Of a stretch of 64,000 nucleotides of DNA, positions 50,706 to 64,000 are shown one piece after another. Source of the DNA: Lama glama (lineage: Eukaryota). The position numbers and the translations under genes are program-made. The stretch is taken from the NCBI GenBank assembly GCA_028534125.1, contig CM052817.1:54438001-54502000 (forward strand), written 5' to 3'. The notes under the pieces are model-generated. The model did no database searches and was not told the DNA's origin. It saw only the letters and a program-made list of their open reading frames with translations. Positions within the stretch are counted from its first letter, which is position 1; every line of letters begins with the position of its first letter.

Positions 50706-51652
50706 GTTCATTGTTGTGCTTGCTTTGGTATTACACACTTAATTCCTTTTAGAAGTCTCCCTAAAATATGCCTTATAACATCTATACTGTTTATCTGGTG
50801 GAGTTGCCAGGTGTCACCTGGCACAGTGCTGTACCTACCTTCTAAACCTTATTTTGAGAAGCATGGTCAAAGTACGTGGTACTGTTGTCTTCTATTTATC
50901 AAAAGTGAACAAAGCTGGGATTATGTGACTCCTCAAGTTACACAATTGTATGCAGTACCCAGAAATGTGTCTATTTCTTGTACCATATCTAATACTATTT
51001 AATATAATACCAACATATTGCCAACCCGGCTACAAAATAACGTGTGTTAATTTAATCATATTGTCTGACTACTACCAATGCCAATCAAACATGATAGTTA
51101 CAGTCAGGTGTATCGCTTGTGATTATGAAGAAAGAGAAAAAAAAATTCTGGTGTATCTAGTAACTTACCTGTTTTCCAAGAAAAACTTGACTTTTCAAAA
51201 ATTTTAAAAGTCACAGGTACATATTAGATCTTCAAAATCTTAAGTAAATTTAAACGAGGCATAATTTAAACTCTGAGGTTATCTATTTTATTAATTATCA
51301 TGCCCCCATCAGTGCTCTTGGTAATTGCAATCAGCAATAGCTCCTGTATAAAAGTCATCACTAATTACACTATCACTGTTAATCTTGATTGAATATCTGC
51401 TGTGTATCAGATAACATATACACTTTATCTCAATTGATCCACAAGAAAATTAAAAAAATTTGTAAGGTGGGAATCATCATATCCTCTTTATAGTGAAGTT
51501 GAGGCCAGGAGAAGTTAATTAATTTACCCACAGCTACGCATCTAGTAAAAATGACATATTCAGGATTTAAATTAGGATTAAAGCTCAAATTATCTTCATT
51601 AAAGTCCACTCCGACAGAAGAGGTAAACTGTTGAAGACATCTTTTTGACCAT

Positions 51653-52101
51653 TGTATTAGTTTCTTAGGGCTTTTTATAATAGATAATCACAACTTGGGG
51701 GTTTAAAAACAATAGAAACTTGCCTCACAGTTTGAAGTCTGAAATCCAGCTGTCAGCAGGGTCAGGCTCCCTCTGAAGATTCTAGGGAAGACTCTGCCTC
51801 TTCTTTCCTTCTGGTGGGTGCAAGCAATCCTTGGTGTTCCTTGGATTATAGCTGCATCTCTCCAATCTCTGCCATAGTCAGAGGGAATAAGCTTTATTTG
51901 CCGGGTGTATCCAAGCATCTCCAAATCTCCTTCTCTTTATAAGGACACCAACCATTGGATAGCATGCCCACCCTAATCGAGGATGACTTCAACTTACTTT
52001 GATTACAACTGCAAAAATCCTATTTCCAAATAAGGTCAATTCATAGGTACCAGAGGATAAGACTGGAACCTGTCTTTTTCAGGACATAATTCAACTCACT
52101 A
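51653..52101 (-). mobile_element. MaLR solo LTR (MLT1-type)
   Basis: tgtattagtttcttagggct...aaaacaatagaaac...ccctctgaagattctagggaag...tttccaaataaggtcaattcataggtacc...acataattcaactcactaa; same family as 31910-32361. Confidence 0.9.
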
Positions 52102-52650
52102 AGACTCTCTTCACTCTGGAAAGTCTGCTGGTACTCTTCTCTCCATCTTGACTTGTCAATACATTTATACCTCCTTTAAGACAGCTCAGATACTACATTG
52201 TTTTAGTCTTTTCTCACTTTCAGCTGGAAATATTCTTATTTTCAGGATTCATGAAGTACTTTGTTTCATGAATACCATAAGAATCAACAAATTTTTCATT
52301 CAGTTACATGCCTTGTTTCACTTAAAATATTGTTACCTATTAAAAATACAAAATTATTATTTCTTTAATGTCTTTGTTGCCCATAATGTCCATCCTTGAA
52401 GTAAATATACTATGCATTCAACAATTGTTTGTTAAATGGGTTAAAGTTTCTTCACGTGATAGTTTCACAAACTTATCATTTTTCCTTTAGGTATTTCTGG
52501 ATTTTGATGTTGAGTATATAGAATACTTCTCATTTAAATTCTCCATGAATTTCAGCAGATTATTTTCTTTAGGTTTAAGAAAAAAAACAGATTTCGCCAC
52601 ATGACTGGAGAAAGAGGGGAAATATTCAAATTATTTAAAAGAGAATAGCA

Positions 52651-52790
52651 GGGGTGAGGGTACAGCTCAGTGATAGAGTGCATGCCTAGTACGCAAAAGG
52701 TCCTGGGTTCAATCCCCAGTACCTCCACTTTAAATAAATAAGTAAATAAATAAATACACCTAATTACCTCCCCCAACAACAACAAAAGAT
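52651..52790 (+). mobile_element. tRNA-derived SINE (camelid Vic-1-like)
   Basis: ggggtgagggtacagctcagtgatagagtgcatgcctag...gtcctgggttcaatccccagtacctcc...acctaattacctccccc; TSD (AAAA..)GAATAGCA at 52643-52650 and 52797-52804. Confidence 0.93.
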
Positions 52791-54432
52791 AAAACTGAAT
52801 AGCAAATGTTAGTACTATTTGTCAGAAACTGCAAATTCTCAAAATCAGAAATGATAAACCACTGAAGATTGCTCATAAAAACTAGGGCCACCAACAAAAA
52901 TTTATTCCGTAGAATGCTATTCGGGTCAATTCTATCTGACTCAGTTTGATTTAATTTAATTCAACAAACGTTTATTGAGATCCAATTATGTACAAAAAGA
53001 TTTAAGACTTTCAAAAATGAGTAAAACATTCTATCTGTTTTGAAGAAAATTAGATTTTAATTAGTGTTTGAGGTAGAAAATAGTACTATATTTACAAAAT
53101 ATACATCAGTTGTCAGAAAATATTCTAGACATTCTATTCATAAAATATTACATTTAACTCATACAGTATCCCTGAAAAGAAAGTATGGTGATATATATTT
53201 TAAAAATCAAATTTGGAGATTTTGATAATAAGAATAATTATATAATATAATTCTTATTATTATAAAAGTTAATATTTTAATGCATTTATCATGTACCAGT
53301 AACTGTTCTAAACATTTAACATGAGATATCTCATTTATTCATCACAATATTTGTATATTAACTAAAAACTATTGTTTTCTGCATTTTATAGATGAGAAGA
53401 TTTGGACATAGAGAAATTAAGTGTCAAACAGTATGGAAGTAATTGAGCCAAGATTAAGGTAACTTTTAAGGCCACACAGTCAATAATAGTGAGACTGGAA
53501 TTTCAACTTGAGCTTGTGTGATATCCAAAGTCCATGTTCTTTTTTCTTCATGCTGTTCCCAGGTGCTTAAAAAAATGAAGCCATGTACACACAAAACTGT
53601 AATATAAGGCCAAGTATATGAGGTGAGAGTGTTATAAATTGCCATTGGAGTTTTGAGGAGGACTCGGCTAATGAGGGAAACTTTAATGGTGGAGTTGACC
53701 TTTTAACTGAATCTCAGTGAGTCAGATTTAGCAGTGACACATATCTTACATAATTTCACTAAGTGCATTCATGAGCACCCCTAGAAATTCTATACTTCTT
53801 TTGTATGAATCCTCAATCTGGAAAATGAACTTCAAACAGGATATAAAGACCACAAGAAAATAAAGTCACATATACCTCAAAGCATGCACAAGAAAATTAA
53901 GGAAAATAAGAATTTTCCGTGAAAGGGAAGGTAAGGACTGGCATTGTTGATGAAAGAGGCTGGAAAGGAGACATACACTTACACACACATCACACTTTCT
54001 AATTTTTATGAGCAAGAATTGCTTCAGAAAGAGCAAAGAAAAGGGACTAGCAATGTTATGAATAGATAGAGGCTCCCCTCATGTAAGGCTGAAATGTGCT
54101 CCAAGCAAATCGTCTTCAGCATCTAAGTAAGAGTCATATCCAGGACAAGACCTGGCAGAACCCACTATGAAAGCAACTGTTTGAGGAATTTATCATAACA
54201 CTTGTGTATTAGCTAAATAAATGAGAAACATTCGTTGCGGGATTTGATTCCAACAGACAGAGCACACTATGAGTTTTAGTCATTTTACACATACCTCAGA
54301 TTTGGTTAACGTTGTTCGCTGTTAATTAACTGTTTTGATTTGCTGAAAAGAATATTTATCAATGGAGGGTCAGGCTATCCAGGAATTGAATGCCTACTAT
54401 AGACCAAGAGTTTTAAATACGTATTTGTATTC

Positions 54433-54965
54433 TCTTGGCGATCACAGCAGGTCACCCCAAAATATGCCACAATGGCATACTGATTACTTTGAATTGAAGT
54501 TGCTTGAGAAGCAGCCTATGCAGGAGGGAAACCATGACCCTCCCCTGTCCCCCAGAAAGTGAAAAATAAGTATCTCATATGAAAGGTGCACTCTCTGCAT
54601 CCAGAGGTGGATGGACACTCTTATCACCAGAGATAGGGAATTTAGAGCTGGAAAGCCTATATAAGCAAACCCTGTTACTTTACTACCCCAAGCCCCAACT
54701 CTGTTTAGATTCTTCACTAACTGAGCACCCAAACCCCAAGTTTCTTTGTCCTGTCAATTTTTTGCAAATTTATTGTTTGTCTAAAACGTATAAAAGCTGC
54801 CTGCTTTGGCCACTTCTTAGCTCCATTTCAATGGCACCTCTGTGTTCATGAATTTAAAACTTGCTTCTTCTTCTCCTGTGAATCTTTCCTGTGTCAATGT
54901 TTTTCTATTAGTCCCGCCACAAGCTCTCAAGAGTGGTAGAGGGAGAAATCTCCCCCTCCTTGACA
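54433..54965 (+). mobile_element. ERV1 solo LTR (MER34/MER39-like)
   Basis: caccccaaaatatgcc...ggcatactgattactttgaattgaag start, TATAAAAG box at ~54789, ends ...ctccttgaCA; 4-bp TSD ATTC at 54429-54432 and 54966-54969. Confidence 0.8.
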
Positions 54966-55489
54966 ATTCCTATATACGTAGGAATACCTACAAGTGTATC
55001 ACTTCATGAATGAAGAAACTCAGGTTAAAATAAATTAAAGAACTTATTTAATTTCCAAAAGTTAACAAAGGGCATGCGCAGGATTGGAACAAAGATTCGT
55101 CAGTTCCAAAGCTCAGTCTCTTTCATCTGTATGAAGTTGAATACTTTTTCCCTTAGTATTGAATGGGGGCTTAGGTCAACCAAAATGTCATTCTTTCTTT
55201 GCCTTGCCTACTGTAAAATAAAGTAGACTGCAAGCCCCAGGCATCTCAGATATAAGAGGTTCATAAAGCATAAACCGTAAAGCATATTTAATCATGATAA
55301 ATGTGGGTAATATATTCCTTGGATCTTCCCTCATTTATTTAGTGTTTATTAGTCATTCTTCAATCCAGCATTTAAAACCTGGAAAGCTGGAACCCTCAAT
55401 ATTATTTGCTTTGTTGAATCATTTTTAGGATACGTCTGTAGTGCACAGTTTAAGATCTAGACCAGAAATAAAATCTATTCACATACTAA

Positions 55490-55753
55490 CATGGCCGCCA
55501 GGGCAGGAAGGGGATAGGAAGTGATAAATTGGGAGTTCAAGATTTGCAGATACTAACTACTATATATAAAATAGATAAACAACAAGTTTATACTGCATAG
55601 CACAGAGAACTATATTTAATATATTGTAGTAACTTATAATGAAAAAGACTATGAAAACAAATAAATGTATGTATATGTATGACTGAACTATTACCCTGTA
55701 CACTAGAAATTGACACAACATTGTAAACTGACTATACTTCAATTTAAAAAAAA
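55490..55753 (+). mobile_element. 5'-truncated LINE-1 3' end (same subfamily as 10261-10561)
   Basis: gataaattgggagttcaagatttgcagatactaactactatatataaaatagataaacaacaag...gaaattgacacaacattgtaaactgactatacttcaatttaaaaaaa. Confidence 0.9.
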
Positions 55754-58700
55754 TGAGTACACACTAGGATAAATGAAGTCTCTGAACAAACTCAGTCAAT
55801 AGAAAAATTAATATGCTTTTAGGAAATGTGCAAAATTCAGCAGTTATAGTACACTACGAAAACTAATTCCTGTGTGCCTTTAGATTTTTTTTAATATTTA
55901 AAAACATTTAATTTTTTTAAATATTAAAGGAGGAAGTTTTAATATTTCTACTGCAGCCTATAACATTTTAACTGAAATTCAGAATTCTTTGTGTTTATTT
56001 TAGTTTTTAAGTAGTCTTAACCAAGTTGACCCCTTACTTCATTTTAAAACACATACAATTAATTTGAGAAGAAATTGGGAAAAATTAAATTCTTTTTCTA
56101 GCTCAGTTGAATTAGGTGCAAAATATGTAAGTATCTGATTTTTGGATTGCATTTAACTATTCATAGGAGTATATGAGAAATGCCTACAGGAATCTGGGAA
56201 ATTAAAAAAAACAATTAATTATTTAATACTGTTAGCACTTGAACACACTATAGAAGCAACACTAAGCAAGAGATATTTTTTTAAAAGACGTTTCATAAAT
56301 CTTAAAGTAATTCATTTAAGTGACAATGCTAAAAATAGGTATTTGTGAAAATTCACCATAGTCTGCGGCAAGCTTTGTTTAAATTCATTACAAATCATAG
56401 TACTAAAATGGTATTTAGTAAGTACCACCTGTGCATACTAGTGTGTTAAGTATTTTATTTAATACATTGTTAAAACAAATGATATTTTCTTAGCCTTGGA
56501 TCTCAAGAAAGATTTCATTTTGAATTTTGTTTTAAAGAGGTTCTTAATCTTTGCTCTATGGATGACCTTTGTGATGTAAAACTCTTCAAATTAACCCCTC
56601 CTTTTCCCCTCACCCCTCACAAATAGCTTTGCAGAAATAAGAGGCCTTCTTTGTTTGTAGTAAGAATGAAATAAGAACTTTTGATGAACATGGATTATAT
56701 TTAAAATTTATTTGAGGAAAAAAGTATAGATAATGTGTTTTGTAAATGTGATTTGAAAGACTAGGCAAGAGATGGATCATTCATATGACAGAATGTGGCT
56801 AGAAGAAAATTTTAGAATTCACTTGCCTATGAAGTATATACAAGCACAATGTCAAAGATAAGAGAAACATTGACGAGTGATAAAGATGTCTCTGTGATAA
56901 TTAATATGTGTTTGAGCTGCAATAATTATCTTCAGGCTACACTTTGTATTATTCTTAACTTCATGGGATTCTTCAATGTTTCATGGATCAGTCTAGTAAA
57001 TGGTTTATTCTGTTCACTCTCTTTGGAGCAGTATAGTATAGTGGACTGAGAGCATGAGCCTTAGAGCCATTAAATGTTTTCTTATGTCCGTTTGCCTGAA
57101 GAAAACAGGAAAGACCCACCTTGAAGGGCTGTGAAGATTCAAACACATTTAAGCAAAGCAACTGGTATGAGCGTGCAATTCTCAAAATATAACCCAAAGC
57201 AATTATTATTTATTGGAAAGTTTCAGTAAATGGAAATTTTAGGAAAGTAACTTCAGTTCAAATTTAAAATTATCACCATTCATTCACTGGACAATCAGGT
57301 TTATATCCTTATAAGTACTCAGAAAAGTATATTATCAAAAATTGTTTTTGGCACCTCACTGCAATAATTCCAGGACTCAGAGTGAGTTTCTGAATGTTTG
57401 AGGATATTTATAAGTGGTCCTACTTTCCCTGGCACTAAGTTGTAGAGTCGTCAATGCTTACTACTACTTAATACAGCCATAATTTTAATCGCTGTGCTTA
57501 CATTAATTTGTTGAATATGTTGAGACTGAACTCTGATATTCCTGAACTCTCAATAGCTCTAAGGATAGAAGCCATAATTTTTTATCACAGACTCTCCCTT
57601 GTTCCTAGAAGCTAACACTTTTGAGAGTATTTCTAGTCATGCAGATGTTAGGTAAATACCAAAAATATAATTCTACTTTTCTATAGAGACACTCAAATTG
57701 AGAATAATCCGAAAGCAAATGTTTCAGGCTAGGATGCTAAACAAATCTGTTTCACAGTGGAATTGTTTCAAGTAGGGCTATCTCTGTACAGATAATTATT
57801 GTTATGTGAGGACTCAGATCAGATGTGGAGTCCAGGGACTTAATGAAGAGAGAATTTAGGAAGGGGTCTCTAACTGAAGAGGTAAGCTCTAGGATCATGG
57901 TGACAAATTGTGGTGAAGGGGAAGGACAACCACCAGGGACATAGAGTAAGAGGAGATCTTCCAGACTTGAGGATTAATTTTAATTTTATTGTTATGTTAT
58001 TTCCTGACGCTTAGAATGTTCAATTCAAAGGTCTTAGATGAGTGGTAATTTAAATGACAGCGGGAGAGGTTGGTATGTGTATTTTGTAGTGAAAAGTGAG
58101 TCAAACAGACCCACAACTTTTTGAGCAATGGGCATGCGCTGATCAGAGATGAACAGCAAATACCGAAACTACTGGTAGAAGGGACCGGATTTCTAGTAGT
58201 CATTAAGGAATAGTCTCTAGGTAAATAATGTTTCAATTTCAGGGTAGGTTGAAGGGTGACATAGAAGACTGAGAACGTGGGGACATTGCTACATAGGAAA
58301 AAAAATGTATGTGTGTTTATTACCTCATTCAAATCTGACCATATTAAAAGGACAGGATGGGGAAGGAGGGCTAGAGGTGTCTATTAATGTTAAAGTTGAG
58401 TAAGTTTGTACTTCTGAGGTTGTTCTTTACATTTCTGTATTCCCCACGCAATTAAAATCAGTCAACATTTATTGATGACTTACCATATGATAAGTGGCAT
58501 GCTAGACTGGGGGGTCAAAGATAAATGAAACTCTATCATGGCCTTCTATTTCACAGTCAGGTAGAAGTAATTGAAAACATGAAATCAGTTATTCTGGCTT
58601 CCAGCAGTACTGTTAGAGGCTTATACACAGAATAATGTTGAGAAAAATGAAAAAAATGGAGTGATGACTTCTAATTTGGTAATTGGGAAAAGTCAAATGT

Positions 58701-59069
58701 TACAGAGGAGCTAACTGATCCTAAGCAAAATTTGCCTCTTGGATTCCTTTTGTTTATCATATGTGCATTCTTTCTTTAATTTCAACATCTCTGATAATTC
58801 GGTCCTACATTCATTTTAAGCTCTAGATGAGCTTAAGGCAGGAAGATCTGAGAGTGAGACTCTTGTACTGTGAGCAAGTGTCTTGCATGGATATCCTGTA
58901 AATTGTCTTGGAAAATGTTTTCCCTCTCTTTGTTCTTTTCTTTTTTCCTCTTCCTCACTCCCCTCCCTCTTTCCTCCCATTCCTCCTTTATTTCCAATTC
59001 CTTCCTTCCTTCCTTCTTTCCTTCCTTCCTATTAAAGGAATACATTTAGCAGTTATTCAAGAGTTATAA

Positions 59070-59890
59070 TTCATTTAGCTTAAAAATATGACTTTGACGT
59101 ATTTATTGGTCACCTCCTCTGTTTCTGGCACTGTTTTAGATACAAAGGATATAACAGTGAAAAAAAAAGTGGATAAAACTTTGACCTCATGGAAGTTACA
59201 TTCTAGTGGTATGTATTAAAAAGTAAAACAAAATAAAGAAAAAATAGAGGAAGTGTATTGTATGTGTGGATGTGAGAGGAACGAGATTAACTTTTAGAGA
59301 GTATGATCCCAGTAGGTTCTGTCTGCTAAAAACAAGAAATTTAAGTAAAGTCTCGAAGGAGGGGAGAGAGTAAGTATAGGGATGTCTGGGGAAAGACCAT
59401 TTGATGCAGAGGAAACAGTAAGTACAAAGGCCCTGAGAAGGGAATATGCTTGTTGTATTTGAGATGTTGCAGTGTCTGCCTGCAATGATTCAAGAGAAGA
59501 GATCAGAGATATCTTTAGGGCCCTATAGATTATGGTGAGGACTTTTGGCTTTTACCAAGATGAGATGGTTGGAGAATAACTAGATCAGATTTTTTTTTAA
59601 TCACCCTAAATCCTGCCCTGAGAGCCAAGGCAGAATCAGAGAGACCATTTCGGATGTGAGCATGTGAGAAAAACAGCTTCCAATATTTTTTACCTAAGCA
59701 ACCAGAAGAACAAAGGCACAATTTACTGAGATGAGGAATCTTGAGGCAGAAGCAAATGGTTATGCAAGGTGAGAGGTAGGAAGGTTTATCAGTAAACTTT
59801 TTTTGAATATCATAAGTTTGTGATCAAGTAAAGATTACAAATAGACAATTACATGTGTAGGTTTGGAGTTAAAGGGGAGAAAAGTTTTTA
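59070..59890 (-). mobile_element. L2 LINE fragment
   Basis: tatttattg..ctgtttctggcactgttttagatac..acctcatggaagttacattctagtgg..gcagaggaaacagtaagtacaaaggccctgag. Confidence 0.75.
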
Positions 59891-59894
59891 TCAG

Positions 59895-59898
<4 letters not shown>

Positions 59899-59935
<37 letters not shown>
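59899..59935. repeat. (TG)n microsatellite
   Basis: Long uninterrupted tgtgtg run. Confidence 0.95.
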
Positions 59936-59938
<3 letters not shown>

Positions 59939-62900
59939 CACAAAATGTCCTGTTACGTACTTCAGTCCTATGAGAAAATTTTTCATTGCAAAGTGGAAGG
60001 TGCAGATGTTCATATAAGGATGAGTGTAGAAATATATTAAATGCAGGAGAATTATCTTGATGCGGTACCACTTTGCAAGTTCTTAGCAGGATGTAACCAT
60101 AGAGAGGAGTTCTAGCCAAAAAGAGTAAGAAGACAGGGCTGGCCTTCCCTACAGTCACCCTGCATTAATCCTGAAGTCAGCAGTCAGCTTTCCCTTCTCC
60201 TTCTCAGGTGGAGTTGTGTGTCCCCTCTTTCCTCCATTTTCCTTCTATAGACTTTTGTATATAACTCCTTTGTTTTTAAGGAGACCAGATGTCATAATGA
60301 TTTGTAATTGTCTGTTTACAGGTCTAACTCCACCATTAGGTTGGAAGCCTCAAAAGGGTGGGGTCATATTAATTAATTTTTATACCTTCCGTGTCCACCA
60401 TAGTGCCTGATATATTATACATACTCAATGTCTATTCATTGAATGAATAATTAACTGAAGCTTCTCATGTGTTCCAGAGACTAGGATTTTAAACTACTTG
60501 CTGGTTATTTCTAGTTGAATGTCCTATAGTCAACCCAAATAAAACATCTTCAAAACAGAATCAATTTACTTTTCCTGAAAACTTACCTTTTATTCTGAAT
60601 TTTCAGTATCACTTAGGGACATAACATTGCAGGAAGATGTTCCAAATGAAGACTTTCCAACCTTAACTCTCTTACCCAAGTCTTACAGCATTGAGCATTG
60701 TGCCCTGTGTTCTATTAATTCAATCTCTGGAGGTCTTCGGACTTAGTTCCTCTAATTAATTCACTCATACCTTTCCTCCCTACCTCCTTTCCTGTGTGCC
60801 TTTTCTCTTTTGCTCAATTACTTATTCCCCCAATATCACAACTGGTCACAATTCTTGAAGTCTCAACTTAAACCTACAGGTGGCATATAGTCGTCCTCAG
60901 TCCCATAGTCGGCATAATTTTCTCCCTCTCTAATAGCACACTGTAGCTCTCTAGCACATTTGGCATTAGAATGGAGAAACTGGCATGTTTATTTCACATC
61001 AACTTGTGGTTTTCTCATCTTTACATCCACCTAGTACATTGCCTTTCATGAAGAAGATACTTAATAAATGACTGTTGAGTTCAATGAGTGCCTATGGACC
61101 CTGTTTTGCTGATTCTTTGACATAATTCTCTTCAGTGGAGGAGTAAGTAATTGCCACTCATCAAAAGTCATTCTTTTGACTATATTTGCTCTTCACTTAT
61201 ATTCACCCTCCTATTCAGTAGCAGGATATCTCTAAAAGACATTTTTTAAAACAGTATTTTCCAGGTTGAAATAAAAAAGTAGTGTTCAGTCTTTGAGCAT
61301 AAATTATTTCCTCACTTGTGGGAGGTCTGATTGGAGACAATTTTGTCAGATTGCTGCACCAGTGCATCAAAGTGCCACCCAAAATGTGTGAGTCCTTTAC
61401 ATTTTAAAGATTTTGTGACATACTCTTTGTCTGATTAGAGAAACACAACATTTTAAACTTTTATTTAAGTGGTGCTAACAGATACTTTGACAATGCACAA
61501 AGTTATGCACATAAATATTTCACTGTGCACTGATTATATTTATCATCCTTTTAGAGCATGAGGGAAATATGCTGTCAAGTTATTTCCAAGAGCAGAGAAA
61601 ACTGAGAGTCTACTGTCCATCAAGAAAAATGAATAGTGTTGCATCATCTAAAAAATGAGGCTGTATGGCTAAATGTTTACAAATCAGATTGAAAATTTAT
61701 AGAAAAAATGATGTTAACACTAATATAAAGCAAAGTGATGCCCAAGATACCTAAAGCCAGTAAACCAAAAATCTTTAGGGTGCAGTGAAATTCTATGGCC
61801 AGTCACCTAGGCTTAAATTTGATTCACCCCATGAATGAAATACTATTCCAGATAAAAGACCTAATGCAGAAACTACTTACTGAATAAGTGCTCTACATGG
61901 TAAAAGTATATTACAAACTATGAATCCTAGAACTCCAGATTCCATCTTATGCATGATCATATTCAAATAGGTATGCAGAAAACTAAATGTAATGATACTT
62001 CTGATATCCAAATTTTGGAACTTTTCATTTCCTCTTTTCTTGTCTAATTCTCTTCTACTCTAAATTGCTTTGGAGTCTGTCTTTCTCTAAAACCAATGCC
62101 TCAAAATATATCGAGTATAAATAAGTGATAAAATCCCCCTTTTCAATACCTCCCAATCAATGCAGATTTTTCCTGATTTATTTTTGAGTGTCTAGTTACT
62201 TCTATTATGTAGGTAATTTTAGTGTCTCATAAAAGGCTTTCCTTACTACATTTACTTCTTTCTTCTTTCTCTCTATTATCGGATTCTGCATCATGATATT
62301 CTGACAAAGACATACTTCATCAGGGGGAAACTAAATAGGGAAAGAGGACATTCTCTTTAATGAGATAAAAAGAATGGGGAAATTTATGAGTTAAATTTTT
62401 TACCCTTGTAACATATTGACCCTGGTCCATCCTTACAGATGCCTTCAAAGGCAAATCCGATATGTAAATGGCACATTCAGATGATCCTTGTATTGACAAA
62501 CTGACTCCCTCTTTTCATTCTTTTACCAGGAGCAGAGGAGGAGGACTTGGCGAGTACTGTGTAATTTACCTGGAGAAAATCCAGAAACATCGCCAAGCAG
62601 AGCCTTGTTGGGTTTATCACAGTCTCCCCTACTCTCCACATTAGGCTGGAGGAAGGGCACTTGCCAATAATTTCCTGCACTTTCCAGATGTCACTGAACA
62701 GTAGTTTGAAAAACTAATTCTGCTTACTTTATAACAATATTGTTATTTACCACTGAAAGATAGTTTTCTTTGCCAAAACCAGAGCAAATGTGTAACCAGC
62801 TGAGTTCTGAATGCAATTTTATCCTAACTGAATTCTGAATGCAAGCACAGTATTCTCCTTAGGTCCAGTCCTGGCCTGTAACTAGCAGAGTCCACTGAGT

Positions 62901-63394
62901 AAGGTTAGGGAAACTGTTTATTTCAGCCCTCTGGAATTTTTTAACTTTTAAAGGCAGAGACACTTGTATCCTTTCTGGTTTATCAGATTTATTCTCTACT
63001 TCAGTTTGAATTTCTTTAGTTGATTCGATTTCCTGAAAGCTTCTAATTTGTCCTTATTTTCCTCTTTAGCTCTGATTTGCTTCACCAACAGTGAGAATGT
63101 GGGAGATTCTGAAAGAGCAGGGAATTTCAATAGAATGTATGACTTCTTTACTCTAAATCACTTCCATTTTAACTTACTTCTGAGACTCCATGTCTTGTTC
63201 CTCAGTCCCTTGTGGAATTATCCACGAGAGTTAATACTGCCTATCCATGAAACCAAATACGTTTCCCTGGCTTTATGTACATCTATGAAATTGGGAGAGG
63301 CAGAAGTGCTATCTACTCTATTCTTGTTTCAGTACAGTGGTTGGCGAAGTTTTTCTTTTTTAAAAAATATAGCACCTTAGCTATTTTTAAAATT

Positions 63395-63542
63395 TTATTT
63401 ATTTATCACTGTATTATTTAATTATTTTATTTGGGGGCAGGTAATTAGGTTTGTTTATTTTTTTAGAGGTGGTACTGGGGATTGAACCCAGGACCTTTGT
63501 GCATGCTAAGCATGTGCTCTACCACTTGAGCTATACCCTCCC
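63395..63542 (-). mobile_element. tRNA-derived SINE (camelid Vic-1-like)
   Basis: gggggcaggtaattaggttt...ggtactggggattgaacccaggacc...gcatgctaagcatgtgctctaccacttgagctataccctccc. Confidence 0.93.
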
Positions 63543-63547
63543 TACTC

Positions 63548-63886
63548 TTGGCAAACTTTTTCTGTTAAGGATCAGTTCATAAAAATTTTAAGTGGTACAG
63601 GCCATATATGGTCTCTATCCCAAATTCTCCGCTCTGGCCTTGTGATATGAAAGCAACCATAAATAATATGTAAATGAATGAGTGTTACTATGTCACCGTA
63701 AAACTTTATAATAGACCCTGAAATTTAAATTTCATATAATTTTCCCATGTCACCAAATATAATTCTTCTTTTGGTATTTTTTCTAACCACTTAAAATAAA
63801 AACAATTCTCATGACAAGTAGAAAAACAAATAAACAAACATGCAGTGGGCTGGTTTTAGCTTCTGAGACATTATTTGCCTACCCCT
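63548..63886 (+). mobile_element. hAT-Charlie MER58-like DNA transposon
   Basis: ggcaaactttttctgttaagg..caggccatatatggtctct..aaatgaatgagtgt..aaaactttat..tttcatataattttc..tttgcctacccct. Confidence 0.8.
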
Positions 63887-64000
63887 CTTCAAGGGACTTA
63901 GTCCCTTTATAGATACACTGTTTTTAAAGCTTTAAATCCCAATGCAAAACTTGAAGACTAATTAAAAATGATGGCATTTCTCTGTAAATTCCGAGCAGCT

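Noticed and set aside
62470..62700. GC-richer unique segment with splice-like sites on both strands
   Set aside because: No recognisable reading frame or consistent acceptor/donor pair; could be an enhancer but unsupported
63968..64000. ATGATG...TAAATTCCGAGCAGC resembling a C/D snoRNA (SNORD58-like) 3' end
   Set aside because: Match is only ~14 nt, box D is imperfect, spacing is too short, and it sits at the window edge
1..64000. Prokaryotic systems (CRISPR arrays, operons, rRNA)
   Set aside because: The sequence is clearly mammalian; no regularly spaced repeats or gene-dense regions

Overview
AT-rich, repeat-dense mammalian genomic DNA, very probably camelid, since it has four copies of a Vic-1-type tRNA-derived SINE. 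A ~3 kb CpG island (~20.4-23.5 kb) marks the promoter and uORF-rich first exon of a minus-strand gene I cannot name (splice donor at 21758); 1-21.7 kb is inferred to be its intron(s) and 23.6-64 kb upstream intergenic DNA. No intact protein-coding exon is recognisable. There are two processed pseudogenes: RPL17 (12.3-13.1 kb, minus) and FTL with its iron-responsive element (36.1-37.0 kb, minus). The rest includes L1, L2, MIR, MaLR/ERV LTR and hAT relics. The top candidate is at ~11.95-13.47 kb. After excising the RPL17 retrocopy at its target-site duplication, the minus strand reads as a decayed rhabdovirus-like matrix (M) gene, a gene-junction-like signal, and the N-terminus of a glycoprotein (G) with a signal peptide. 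This is a possible endogenous rhabdovirus-like element in a mammal. It rests on by-eye motif resemblance and needs profile searches. All repeat family names are from recalled consensus and need RepeatMasker/Dfam confirmation.
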